From Dehalococcoidia bacterium (GTDB taxonomy: Bacteria > Chloroflexota > Dehalococcoidia > GIF9 > UBA5629), in contig JBAVQV010000021.1 of NCBI GenBank assembly GCA_049694415.1, positions 1 through 54,166 of the forward strand: 54,166 nucleotides of DNA, in the 5' to 3' direction. Position 1 is the first letter of the stretch. Each line of letters starts with the position of its first letter. The translations under genes were made by a program, and so were the position numbers. The notes under the pieces are model-generated. The model was not told the origin of the DNA. It did not search any database and was given only the letters and a program-made list of their open reading frames with translations. Positions 10,455-19,923 of the stretch are shown here, one piece after another.

Positions 10455-10576
10455 GTACGCCGTAGTTATTCATAGGCAAGATATCTCCGTTGATTTTGCA
10501 TGCTTGTTGATATTGACAGCATATCCAAAAATCAATAATATGAGAAGTGAAAGCAAATCGAAGGAGGAAAAATATT

Positions 10577-10729
10577 ATGGCGAAGAAAAGTATAACCATA
10601 AGTGGTGTGGCCATGGGAGTTTTAGCCATTGTTGCCGGCGTCTTGGTTCTGATATGGCCTGATTTTGTCCGATGGATTCTCGGCATTTTTCTCATTGTGT
10701 GGGGTGTGTTGGCTGTCATAAACAAGTAA
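10577..10729 (+). CDS. Tiny two-helix membrane protein (DUF3096-like), type A
   Basis: 50 aa: MAKKSITISGVAMGVLAIVAGVLVLIWPDFVRWILGIFLIVWGVLAVINK. The RBS AAGGAGGA lies 8 nt upstream. A paralog sits at 52298-52444. Confidence 0.6.
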   Translation: MAKKSITISGVAMGVLAIVAGVLVLIWPDFVRWILGIFLIVWGVLAVINK

Positions 10730-10799
10730 CAGTTTTTCTGTTTGCTTTAACTGACGTTTGACATGGCCTGAGGACATTAGTTGTCTTGGGAAGGGGGTA

Positions 10800-10970
10800 A
10801 TGTATCATGTCGGCATCACGATACAGCCCGTAAGCGGTTTAGTAATTGGGATATTGACCCTTATCTTTGGCATAATCGTAATGATTTTTCCCAGAATACT
10901 GAACTATCTGATCGGGATTTATCTGATTATAGTCGGGATATGGGCTATAATTCAGGCTGTTGCTTCGTAA
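10800..10970 (+). CDS. Tiny two-helix membrane protein (DUF3096-like), type B
   Basis: 56 aa from ATG 10800, preceded by the purine-rich GGGAAGGGGG. The core GILTLIFGIIVMIFPRILNYLIGIYLIIVGIWAII is nearly identical to the ORF at 52065-52214. Confidence 0.6.
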   Translation: MYHVGITIQPVSGLVIGILTLIFGIIVMIFPRILNYLIGIYLIIVGIWAIIQAVAS

Positions 10971-11048
10971 GAAATCGAACGTTTATTTGCATCCGCTTCA
11001 TTCAACTGAGCAGCTTTGTTATCATTTAATGCTCTACTAGGCTAGGGT

Positions 11049-11816
11049 ATGCTTTATTTAGGCACGTCCGGCTTTAGCTACAATGATTGGGTAGGTAATT
11101 TCTACCCCCGCGGTATGTCCCGTAGAGACTGGCTTGGTTACTATGCCCGGGAATTCAATGCCCTGGAGCTAAATTCTACATATTATGCTTTACCTAAGCT
11201 TTCTGTTTTAGAAGCCATGATTCATAAAACGGGAGAAGGTTTTTTGTTTTCGGTCAAGGCGAATCAGGAGATGACGCATCAGCGTCAGCAAGATAATAGG
11301 ATTTTTATGGCTTTTGTTCACATGCTTCAACCTTTTATCGATGCCGGTAAGCTGGGTTGCGTGCTGGCTCAATTTCCTTTTAGTTTCGGCTTCAGTCGCC
11401 AGAATTTTTCCTATCTGGCACTTTTTCGTGAATGGCTGAGAGATTTGCCATTGGTGGTAGAATTTCGCAATGCTCAGTGGCTGAAGCCGGAGGTCTTTGA
11501 TTGGCTGCGAAAGCATGACCTTGGTTTTTGCTGCGTCGATGAGCCACAGTTACCCAAGCTGTTACCTCCTTTGGCTGAGGTTACCAGCCACATTGGCTAC
11601 GTGCGTTTTCATGGACGTAATGCCGCTAAGTGGTGGCAGCATCAGTACGCTTATGAAAGATATGACTACACGTATTCGGCCGAGGAGCTTAAGGAATGGC
11701 TGCCACGGATAAGCAAATTAAATAGTCTGGCGGAAAAGACTTTCGTCTTCGCTAATAATCACTGGCGTGGTCAGGCAGTAAGCACTATACGCCAGCTGCG
11801 TATGATGCTTGACTAG
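11049..11816 (+). CDS. DUF72 (UPF0759) family protein
   Basis: The N-terminus MLYLGTSGFSYNDWVGNFYP and the later RFHGRN...W motif are typical of DUF72. Confidence 0.8.
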   Translation: MLYLGTSGFSYNDWVGNFYPRGMSRRDWLGYYAREFNALELNSTYYALPKLSVLEAMIHKTGEGFLFSVKANQEMTHQRQQDNRIFMAFVHMLQPFIDAGKLGCVLAQFPFSFGFSRQNFSYLALFREWLRDLPLVVEFRNAQWLKPEVFDWLRKHDLGFCCVDEPQLPKLLPPLAEVTSHIGYVRFHGRNAAKWWQHQYAYERYDYTYSAEELKEWLPRISKLNSLAEKTFVFANNHWRGQAVSTIRQLRMMLD

Positions 11817-11879
11817 TTTGATTTCGTAGCTAGCGTAGGCTAGAATAGTTCGTACAGCAATCAATATTGGTTTTGCGAT

Positions 11880-12254
11880 ATGGCTAATCATGCCGAGCTT
11901 TATGAGCGTTTGAAAAATGAGCAGATACGTCTGAAATCTGAGCTTCAGAGGTTGAAGGCTGAGGAGAAATCTGCCGATGAGCAGCGCGAAGGCAGTCCTT
12001 TCGGAAAGAGGGAGGAAGGGGCTACTGAAGCCTTTGAGTTGGAGAAGAGGCTGGCTCTGGAGAGACGGTTAACTGACGCTCTAGCTGGGGTGGAACACGC
12101 TATTAAAAAATATGAAGCTGGCATCTATAATATATGTGACATATGTGGTCAGCCTATAGAGCTAGCCAGGCTCGAGGCATTACCTCAAGCGAGCTTGTGT
12201 TTTAAATGTAAAGCCAGCCAGGCGAAGGATGCCAGAGGTAGAACGACAAGGTAG
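11880..12254 (+). CDS. TraR/DksA-family C4 zinc-finger protein
   Basis: 124 aa with a coiled-coil N-terminus and C-terminal CDICGQPIELARLEALPQASLCFKC. Confidence 0.7.
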   Translation: MANHAELYERLKNEQIRLKSELQRLKAEEKSADEQREGSPFGKREEGATEAFELEKRLALERRLTDALAGVEHAIKKYEAGIYNICDICGQPIELARLEALPQASLCFKCKASQAKDARGRTTR

Positions 12255-12747
12255 CGGGTGGCGGGGAGGATTATTCCTCATCATTGCCGCTTGTGTAGTG
12301 GCCTTAGACCAGATAAGCAAGCTGTGGGTCAGGTCAAACATTACTCCTTATGAATCGGTGCCTATTTTTGGTTGCGTGAGCCTGACCAATGTACGAAATA
12401 CTGGTTCGGCATTCGGCCTTTTCGTAAACCAGGCTTTTCTGCTAACTCTAATCGCTATAGTCGGCGTGGTGGCTATCCTGCTATTCTATCGCTATTTTTC
12501 AAAGTCCAGTATGCTGGGTGTTTCGGCTTTGAGCTTGGTTTTTGGTGGCGCCATCGGCAATCTGATAGACCGTCTTCGTTTCGGCTATGTTACCGACTTC
12601 ATTGATGTTCGCCTGTGGCATTATTTTCACTGGCCGTCATTTAATGTCGCTGACTCCGCTATAACCGTTGGCAGTATAGCGCTGGTTGTGTTTATATTTT
12701 TGACATTTAGAAAGGCAGATGGTAGTTCCTCCAAAGACAGAAGTTAA
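12229..12747 (+). CDS. lspA: Lipoprotein signal peptidase II
   Basis: Contains the motifs NTGSAFG, GGAIGNLIDR, YVTDFID and FNVADSAI. It overlaps both neighbouring ORFs. Confidence 0.85.
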   Translation: MPEVERQGSGWRGGLFLIIAACVVALDQISKLWVRSNITPYESVPIFGCVSLTNVRNTGSAFGLFVNQAFLLTLIAIVGVVAILLFYRYFSKSSMLGVSALSLVFGGAIGNLIDRLRFGYVTDFIDVRLWHYFHWPSFNVADSAITVGSIALVVFIFLTFRKADGSSSKDRS

Positions 12748-13633
12748 AATATTGCAGGTCACCGAGTCAGGGGTTCGCCTGGATAAATATCTAGCCAGAG
12801 AATACCCTGAATTATCTCGCTCTGTTCTTCAGAAATTAATCAAACAGGGCTGTATTTTAGTCAATGACTTTGCAGCCAAACCAAGTCAGAAATTGAGCGT
12901 TGGAGATAGGATTTATGTTGCGTTGCCGCCTCCCGAAAAAGTTTCCCTTGCTGCTGAACCTATTCCGGTAGATGTGATTTATGAAGATGACGACCTGCTG
13001 GTGATATGCAAGCCGGCTGGACTGGTCGTTCATCCTTCTCCGGGACATACTACTCATACCCTGGTCAATGCCCTTTTAGCCCGTTGCCCCGATTTGGCTG
13101 GCTTTGTGGATGCCATGCGTCCGGGTATAGTTCATCGTTTGGATAGAGATACCTCGGGGTTGATGATTATTGCCAGGAATAGTCACGCCCAGCAGTACCT
13201 GATTAATCAGTTCAGAGCCCGGTCAGTGTTCAAAGGTTACCTTGTCTTGGTTAAAGGGAAGCTGACACCTGATCAGGGTATTATCGATGCTCCTCTCGGC
13301 CGTGACCCATCTAACCGCAAACGCATGGCGGTCGTAGCTAGTGGCAGACAAGCCAAGACCGGATATAAGGTTAAGGAATATCTGGATAGGTACACTTTGC
13401 TTGATGTCACTACTGAGACCGGCCGTACCCATCAGATAAGAGTTCATTTATCAGCTATCGGCTATCCGGTCATCGGTGATGCGGTATATGGTGTCAGGTC
13501 ACCGTATGTTAAGCGACAGTTCGTCCATGCTTATCGGCTGGGCTTCCGTTTGCCGTCCAGTGGAGAATATCGAGAATTCATTTGCGAGTTACCTCCGGAC
13601 TTAAAACAGGCTATGGCATTGATAATCGGATAA
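12719..13633 (+). CDS. rluD: 23S rRNA pseudouridine synthase, RluA/RluD family
   Basis: S4-like N-terminus (RLDKYLA), the catalytic HRLDRDTSGLM motif, and GRTHQIRVHL. Confidence 0.85.
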   Translation: MVVPPKTEVKILQVTESGVRLDKYLAREYPELSRSVLQKLIKQGCILVNDFAAKPSQKLSVGDRIYVALPPPEKVSLAAEPIPVDVIYEDDDLLVICKPAGLVVHPSPGHTTHTLVNALLARCPDLAGFVDAMRPGIVHRLDRDTSGLMIIARNSHAQQYLINQFRARSVFKGYLVLVKGKLTPDQGIIDAPLGRDPSNRKRMAVVASGRQAKTGYKVKEYLDRYTLLDVTTETGRTHQIRVHLSAIGYPVIGDAVYGVRSPYVKRQFVHAYRLGFRLPSSGEYREFICELPPDLKQAMALIIG

Positions 13634-13710
13634 AAGACTGAGTTTTTGCAGCTACTATTGCTTAATGCATAGATAATGTGTTAAATTGTATCTGAAGAGA
13701 GGTACTCAAG

Positions 13711-13989
13711 ATGAAGGGCGCTGACAGACCTTTTGAAAAGATTAAGAAGGACCAGATGGGGCGTGAAGGCGAATTATATTCGCAGTTAATGGATAAGGCG
13801 ACCGAATACGGCAATCTGGAGACCTTTGAGGCTGACTCTGCGGTTCGGCGTAATGAGTTGCTGTTTAAAATCCAAACCGATATGGAAGATGTCAAGAATG
13901 CCGTGAAACAGGCTGAGCAGCTAACTGAGAGGCTCAGGCGAAGATTGAGCGACCTCGAAGGTATGTACCGTATCCTGACCAAAAAATAG
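13711..13989 (+). CDS. Hypothetical small coiled-coil protein
   Basis: 92-aa charged helical ORF with the RBS-like AGAGAGG upstream. No recognisable family. Confidence 0.35.
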   Translation: MKGADRPFEKIKKDQMGREGELYSQLMDKATEYGNLETFEADSAVRRNELLFKIQTDMEDVKNAVKQAEQLTERLRRRLSDLEGMYRILTKK

Positions 13990-14131
13990 GGATTTCGTAA
14001 TAATCTGTTAGTCATTCGCCGCATCTTTCCGTAATATTCTTCTAACTATTTTAAATCTTGTGAAATTACTTGTTACCCTAGGTAAATCCAGCGATATGCC
14101 GGCGAGCTAGCGTTTTCGGAAGGAATTAGGG

Positions 14132-14590
14132 TTGGAGAAGAAGCCAAGAGAGTTAGCTTTGGAGTACGCTGGTTTCTGGATTAGACTGGGGGCAAGTGTT
14201 ATTGACCTCTTAATTTTAGGTTCTGTTTCTGGAATTATAGCCTACTTTTTTCCCGCTCCCGCGATATGGTTGACAACCGGTATAGTCGTATCAATTGTTT
14301 ACTGGCTGGGTTTTTGGGTATGGCGGGGTCAGACGCCGGGTAAGATGGCTGTGGGGATAAAGGTCATTAGAACCGACAGTTCTCCAGTTAAGTGGCAATG
14401 TGCGGTACGTCGTTGTTTAGGATACGTCGTCTCGGCGATAACGCTGTTCATCGGCTTTATCTGGGTAGCGTTTGACGGTCGCAAGCAGGGAATACAGGAT
14501 AAGATTGCTGATACTTACGTGGTTAAGCTGCCGGTAAGACAGTTGGTTTTAACCGGGCCTTATGCTCGAGGCCAGGCTAGTTATGGTTGA
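14132..14590 (+). CDS. RDD-family membrane protein
   Basis: YAGFWIRLGASVIDLLIL, three TM helices, and a C-terminal GRKQGIQDKIADTYVV typical of RDD proteins. Confidence 0.7.
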   Translation: MEKKPRELALEYAGFWIRLGASVIDLLILGSVSGIIAYFFPAPAIWLTTGIVVSIVYWLGFWVWRGQTPGKMAVGIKVIRTDSSPVKWQCAVRRCLGYVVSAITLFIGFIWVAFDGRKQGIQDKIADTYVVKLPVRQLVLTGPYARGQASYG

Positions 14591-16028
14591 AAAAAATGTT
14601 AGGGTCCGATTCGCTCCCAGCCCAACCGGCTACCCCCATCTAGGCAATATCAGGACCGCCCTATTTAACTGGGTCTTTGCCCGGCATAATCACGGCGTTT
14701 TTGTTTTGCGGATTGAGGATACCGATGTCGCTCGTTTGGTCGAAGGTGCCACAGATGTTATTCTGGAGAGCCTGCGCTGGTTGGGGCTTGATTGGGATGA
14801 AGGTCCCTACTTCCAGTCACAACGGCTGGAGCTTTACCGTGAAGCGGCTGATAGATTACTTAAGCACGGGCTTGCTTACCGTTGCTATTGCTCTACGCAG
14901 CGGTTGGAGTCAATGCGCCAGGAACAGATGAAGCGAAAGCAGCCGCCGGGCTATGACCGCTATTGCCGCAATCTTACACCGGAAGCATGTGCTGAGAAGG
15001 AGGCCAGCGGGATTACCCCTGTGGTGCGTTTCAAGTCACCTCTTGAGGGCCAGACCTCTTTCAATGATTTGCTGCGTGGTCAGATAGTATTTGAAAACAG
15101 CACACTTGACGATTTCGTCCTCCTTAAATCCGACGGTTATCCTACTTATCATCTGGCAAACATAGTGGATGACCACCTGATGGAGATTTCACATATTCTC
15201 AGGGCTGATGAATGGCTATCGAGCACACCGCGCCACGTCCTGCTTTATCAGGCACTGGGTTGGCAGCCACCGCAGTTTGCCCATCTGCCCATGATTCTGG
15301 GACCGGATAGGTCGAAGTTAAGCAAGCGGCACGGAGCTACGTCTGTCACCGAATACCAGGAGCAGGGCTACCTGCCTGAAGCGATGTTCAACTTTTTAGC
15401 TTTGCTTGGCTGGTCATTAGATGACAAGACGGAGCTTTTAACGCGGGACGAGATAGTAAAGAATTTCTCTCTGGAGCGTATAAGTAGGACTGCTGCTGTG
15501 TTCAACAAGGATAAGTTCGATTGGATGAATGGCGTTTATCTCCGGGGCTTGAGTTTGGAAGAGTTTATCCGGAGAGCCATGCCCTTCTTGGAGAAAGGCT
15601 TGCCGGTTGAAGTCAAGCGTCCATTAGACATTAGCTATATCTTGCGGTTTGCGCCTCTTATTCAAGAGCGAGCCAGGACTTTGGCAGAAGTGTCACCGCT
15701 CAGCGATTTTTTCTTCGTCGATGAACTGGAATATGATGTCAGGCTACTTTTGGGGAAAATAGATAAGGCTGAAGCAACTAAAATCCTTCAGGTTTCGCTT
15801 GCCAAGATGGATAGTTTAAAGGATTGGGACGCGGCTTCGCTGGAGGCGGTTTTTCGCCCGTTGGCTGAAGAGCTTAAATTGAAGACCAGCGTCTTTTTTG
15901 GGTTGCTTCGTGTGGCAATTACAGGTAGAACAGCAGCTCCGCCTTTATTTCAGACCATGGAGGTATTGGGCAAAGAGCGGTGCCTTAAGAGACTGAAAAT
16001 GGCTTTGGATAAACTTTCAGCTTGTTGA
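14583..16028 (+). CDS. gltX: Glutamyl-tRNA synthetase
   Basis: RFAPSPTGYPHLGN (HIGH-type motif) and KLSKR (KMSKS motif), with a class I GluRS layout. ATG 14583 is preferred over the in-frame 14562. Confidence 0.93.
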   Translation: MVEKNVRVRFAPSPTGYPHLGNIRTALFNWVFARHNHGVFVLRIEDTDVARLVEGATDVILESLRWLGLDWDEGPYFQSQRLELYREAADRLLKHGLAYRCYCSTQRLESMRQEQMKRKQPPGYDRYCRNLTPEACAEKEASGITPVVRFKSPLEGQTSFNDLLRGQIVFENSTLDDFVLLKSDGYPTYHLANIVDDHLMEISHILRADEWLSSTPRHVLLYQALGWQPPQFAHLPMILGPDRSKLSKRHGATSVTEYQEQGYLPEAMFNFLALLGWSLDDKTELLTRDEIVKNFSLERISRTAAVFNKDKFDWMNGVYLRGLSLEEFIRRAMPFLEKGLPVEVKRPLDISYILRFAPLIQERARTLAEVSPLSDFFFVDELEYDVRLLLGKIDKAEATKILQVSLAKMDSLKDWDAASLEAVFRPLAEELKLKTSVFFGLLRVAITGRTAAPPLFQTMEVLGKERCLKRLKMALDKLSAC

Positions 16029-16316
16029 AATTAGGTCAGAGCTGGGGAGTCATAGAAACCACCCAGTTCTCATTGGCTTTATTTGAGTGTTGGTGTACGG
16101 TAATTGGTGTTTTAAGGCTAAACCCACGAAACTCGCATTATGAGTGTTACAGAAAAGGGGGCATCTCCCACCCACCAACTTCTCCTAACCCTTTCTGCCC
16201 AATCATGGGGGTGCAGTCAAACAATTGAAAAGGCCAAGGATGGCTTGATAGAATAATAAACCAAGGTAGCCAAAGAAGACATGACTCAGGCTCAGATGTG
16301 GAGGTCAAAGCGATAA

Positions 16317-16880
16317 ATGAAATGCCCAAGCTGCGGCAAGGAAAGAGCCAGAGGGGACAAGTTTTGTGATGGACCTGATGGGTGTGGCTTCCCCTTGGCA
16401 ACTGCCCAGCCATTACATAGGGCAACCACTGCTAATCCGGTGACTGGCGAGGTCAAATGTCCGCGGCAGAATTGCGGCCGGATAAACCCGGCAGCTAATG
16501 CCTTCTGCTACTACTGCGGCGCAGTCCTAGGCGAATGGCTGAAGATAGGAACTGAACCACGCACTTCACCTCCTGCGCCACCAGTTGGGGCAAGGCTGAA
16601 ATTCCCGGACAATGGCGAAATATCATTGGGTAAACGGGCAAAATGGCTAGGACGGGATGTCTTAGACGGGCTCGTGCCAGAAGATAGCCTGGAATATATT
16701 TCCAGGCGGCACCTTATCATAAAGTTTGAAAACGGTCAATACTATGTTGAGGATCAGAACAGCACCAACGGCACAAGGTTGAACGGAACGGAAATCAAAG
16801 GCAAGGGGAAATACAGACTCGATAACGGCGACCAGATTGCAGTCGCTGATGTGATAACTCTTACCTTCAAAGTCGCTTGA
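16317..16880 (+). CDS. Double zinc-ribbon / FHA-domain protein
   Basis: Two CxxC...CxxC ribbons (CPSCG...FCDGPDGC and CPRQNCG...CYYCG). The C-terminal FHA signature is LGR...SRRH...TNGT...GDQI. Confidence 0.8.
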   Translation: MKCPSCGKERARGDKFCDGPDGCGFPLATAQPLHRATTANPVTGEVKCPRQNCGRINPAANAFCYYCGAVLGEWLKIGTEPRTSPPAPPVGARLKFPDNGEISLGKRAKWLGRDVLDGLVPEDSLEYISRRHLIIKFENGQYYVEDQNSTNGTRLNGTEIKGKGKYRLDNGDQIAVADVITLTFKVA

Positions 16881-17016
16881 GCCTTTTGCTGGATCATATA
16901 CTTGTGATAACAGCAGGCCGGAAAAGAAGCAGCGTGTGAGGAGATAAACGAGCCGATAGGGTGATTCATCATGAAAAGAGATGCTGGTGGTGTCTCTCGG
17001 CTAGTCAAAACCGGAA

Positions 17017-17374
17017 TTGCTTTCATGCTGGCTTGTTATGTACTTTTTTGTTTCACTTATCACCTTAATTTTCGGCTCGCCTGACATAGGGACTCGGCTT
17101 ATACTATTAGCCTTAATCAGCTTCTTGGGTGATTCATCATCCCTGACATTGGTGCAAGTTGTTCCGAGCAGCAAAGGCACAACCCAAACGCCATCCATCA
17201 CAGCCACAATCAGGAATACGAGCCCCCTAGCAACCGTCTACACAGCGCTCAGTAGCCACTGAGGTTGTACTGCTTAACAGCCGCTACCAGACAGAAAAAC
17301 AGCTCAAAAGAGGCAGTATGACAATCATTTTCCAGAGTGCTGCAATCATGCGCCGCGCCCTGTCAGGAGTCTAG
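17017..17374 (+). pseudogene. Remnant of a membrane Ser/Thr kinase paralog (frameshift plus internal deletion of the kinase domain)
   Basis: Translation of 17270-17374 gives LLNSRYQTEKQLKRGSMTIIFQSAAIMRRALSGV*. This joins the start of the kinase domain (LLNGRYQIEKQLRKGGMSII) directly to the kinase C-terminus (FQSAAAMRRALCGDGA*) of the neighbouring 345-aa gene. The upstream ORF 17017-17262 resembles its TM region in another frame. Confidence 0.6.
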
Positions 17375-17650
17375 ATGCAGATTAGCTACAAGTGTGATAT
17401 AGTGACACTGCCGATAGAACAGTATTGTCGGCACCGGAGCCTGAAGGTGAGAGCCCCCAAGAGAGAGTTGTTTTTATATGTGCGCTGAAGAGGCCCTCTA
17501 TAAATGCAGAAGATGTGGGGATTAATCGCTTCTTTTCAGCGCCTCAAGCCGAATGCATGCAAGCACCTCTCCTGTGACTACGAGTGCACTCGAGATGAGG
17601 ATTACTGTCCATGTGATCTTATGCAAAGCCGAAGGTAAGGTCAGTAGTTA

Positions 17651-18688
17651 GTGATGGCGAATCAAGGTTCGAAGACGGCGGGACTTGTTCTTATTTTCGT
17701 TGTCTCAATGGCATTCTTTATCTTGAGTTTAGTGAATTCTGACTTTATTGCACTTGCGATTATCAGTCTGATCGTAGGTTTAGTGCTGCTTTTACGCGGT
17801 GCGGAAAATGCACAAAGAGAAACAAGGAAGGTGACCACATGGCGTACTGTGTCACCGCCACGAAATAGACGATACCATCGAACAGCCTCAAATACAAAGA
17901 GCACTTTCCGCTATGAGCCGTCAGATATCCTGCTAAACGGCCGCTATCAGATAGAAAAACAGCTCAGAAAAGGCGGTATGTCAATCATTACCTTGGCCAG
18001 AGACATTGAAACTGGTTCATACTGTGTCATCAAGACGCCAAGGTATGATACCCTGCATGACACCACGATTAATATCGAAAAGCTCACTCTGGAAGCCACC
18101 GTTCTCAGGCAGCTCAATCACCCCAACATTGTGAAATACTTGGACATGTTCACGCATGACAACATACTACACCTTGTCGTGGAATATATAGAGGGAGACA
18201 ACCTGTTTGACGTATTCAGCGGGAAGCCGGCTGACGAAAGCCGGGTTATCAAGTGGGGAGAGCAGATTCTGGATGCCCTTGACCATATTCACCGCTTTGG
18301 GCTTATTCACAGGGATGTCAACCCGGGGAACATCATGTTAAAACGGGATGATAAGGTGGTCATCATAGACTTCGGGGCAGCCAAACCAGTTGTCAGTGAG
18401 GGATCGACGGTAGTGAAGACGCCCGGCTTTGAAGTGCCTGAGCAGGTGGCAACGGCCTATGCTGATGAGAGAAGCGACCTGTTCGGGGTAGGGGGCACTC
18501 TGTTCTACTTGCTTACCAGCACGCCACCTGGCTTCATAGGAAACCGAAATGTAGCTAAACTCCTTCTAAGTAAAGGGGTATCGAACCGCACAGCCAGGTG
18601 CATTGCTCAAGCACTCCAGATGGACGCCAATTTAAGATTTCAAAGCGCCGCTGCCATGCGCCGAGCCTTATGTGGTGATGGGGCTTAG
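17651..18688 (+). CDS. Membrane-anchored Hanks-type Ser/Thr protein kinase (atypical catalytic loop)
   Basis: Two N-terminal TM helices precede a kinase domain. Its motifs are VIKTP (beta3 Lys), HRDVNPGN, IDFGAAK (DFG) and GFEVPEQ (APE-like). Confidence 0.85.
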   Translation: MMANQGSKTAGLVLIFVVSMAFFILSLVNSDFIALAIISLIVGLVLLLRGAENAQRETRKVTTWRTVSPPRNRRYHRTASNTKSTFRYEPSDILLNGRYQIEKQLRKGGMSIITLARDIETGSYCVIKTPRYDTLHDTTINIEKLTLEATVLRQLNHPNIVKYLDMFTHDNILHLVVEYIEGDNLFDVFSGKPADESRVIKWGEQILDALDHIHRFGLIHRDVNPGNIMLKRDDKVVIIDFGAAKPVVSEGSTVVKTPGFEVPEQVATAYADERSDLFGVGGTLFYLLTSTPPGFIGNRNVAKLLLSKGVSNRTARCIAQALQMDANLRFQSAAAMRRALCGDGA

Positions 18689-18892
18689 ATGATCGAAGGG
18701 AATGCCTTGTGATTTTCACGTTCACAACTTAAAAACCCTATTAGAAGCTGAAAAACCTGTCATTTCTTGAAATGAGGTGCATTAATGCCATAGAATATTA
18801 ACTGGCTGGTAAGGTGCTTATCTGGTATGATGACCAGCATAGCAGTCAAAACCTAACGGTTCACTCAATATAATAAAACAAGGAGGAATAGC

Positions 18893-19567
18893 ATGAAAGG
18901 CAACAAGCTTAGAGGATTTCTCAAACTGGCAAGCGGAGTGCTGCTGGCGATAGCCTTGATTGTCACCTGCTCCTCACAAGTAAATGCCAACTCAGTTCCG
19001 GGGCTGACGATAGAGAGAGCAGTACCGCTGCTTTTACCAAATACTCCTACTCCCATTACATCCTGGGGTATTTATCTACTCGCAGGCTTACTGGTGGTCG
19101 CGGTAGCTGTTATAGTTATAGGCTTACTATTGATGAAGAGACGGACTACCGCACGCAAAACGCCGGCACGATTGGGAATGCCACCAACTATGCCTCCACC
19201 AACCAGACCGGCAACCACAACTCCCCCTGTCGACACCACACCTCAACCGTCCCAACCCGTTGCTGCAGCCACATTTAGCAAGCTGCTAATGCCGGATAAC
19301 ACTGAAGTCCCTCTCTCTGGAGGCATAAGGTTCATGGGCAGGACTGACTTCGAGCGTATTGTGCCGCCAGATAGGGCAAGCTACATTTCCCGCGATCACT
19401 TCGTCATAGGCTTTGCAAGTGGCAGCTATTACATCGAAGATGCTGGCAGCGGTAATGGCACAAAACTGAATGGGAGGAAGATAGAAGGCATTGGAAGTCA
19501 GTGGCTCAGGGACGGTGACCAGATCGATGTTGCCGGGGTGGTAACACTCGTCTTCAAAACTTCCTGA
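18893..19567 (+). CDS. Membrane protein with Pro/Thr-rich linker and C-terminal FHA domain
   Basis: Signal or TM segment, a second TM, then the linker PPTMPPPTRPATTTPPVDTTPQPSQP. The FHA signature is MGR...SRDH...GNGT...GDQI. It is paralogous to the FHA domain of 16317-16880. Confidence 0.8.
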   Translation: MKGNKLRGFLKLASGVLLAIALIVTCSSQVNANSVPGLTIERAVPLLLPNTPTPITSWGIYLLAGLLVVAVAVIVIGLLLMKRRTTARKTPARLGMPPTMPPPTRPATTTPPVDTTPQPSQPVAAATFSKLLMPDNTEVPLSGGIRFMGRTDFERIVPPDRASYISRDHFVIGFASGSYYIEDAGSGNGTKLNGRKIEGIGSQWLRDGDQIDVAGVVTLVFKTS

Positions 19568-19702
19568 GCATGCAAGCGCAGTGACAATGCTGGTACCGCG
19601 CCAAACACATGGCAATATGTCGTTATTTGGATAATACGAAGCGGGCTGTAGAAAAGAAACTGTGTTTTGTGTGTGAAAACCAGATAGCCTGCAAAGGTTT
19701 CT

Positions 19703-19895
19703 GATTTCGCTTGTTTGCGATTGGGGCTTTCAAAGCTTCCGCGGCAAAATTGAGTAAACTCGAAGATTGCGGTGCAGCTTCTGTAGAGGCTGTTACCTTG
19801 TACACTGGCAAGGGCTTAGATTGAAGACCAACGTGTTCTTTGAGCTATTGGCCGTGGCAGTTATGGGGAGGACGGTGGCGCCCCTATTTTCAGGC
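19703..19895 (+). pseudogene. Decayed duplicate of the gltX 3' end
   Basis: Two frames read FKASAAKLSKLEDCGAASVEAV and then GLRLKTNVFFELLAVAVMGRTVAPLFSG. The GltX C-terminus reads LQVSLAKMDSLKDWDAASLEAV...ELKLKTSVFFGLLRVAITGRTAAPPLFQT. The fragment is frameshifted and has no start codon. Confidence 0.6.
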
Positions 19896-19923
19896 CATAC
19901 CATAAGTCAATATTGGGATGAGC

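Noticed and set aside
10423-10725. 100-aa minus-strand ORF downstream of dnaK.
   Set aside because: It overlaps the dnaK terminator and the plus-strand small membrane protein gene. That gene has a strong RBS and a conserved paralog.
16022-16425. 68-aa and 92-aa ORFs in the gltX/FHA intergenic region.
   Set aside because: They have no RBS and odd composition. One overlaps the start of the FHA gene on the opposite strand. The region is more likely the non-coding junction of the inserted segment.
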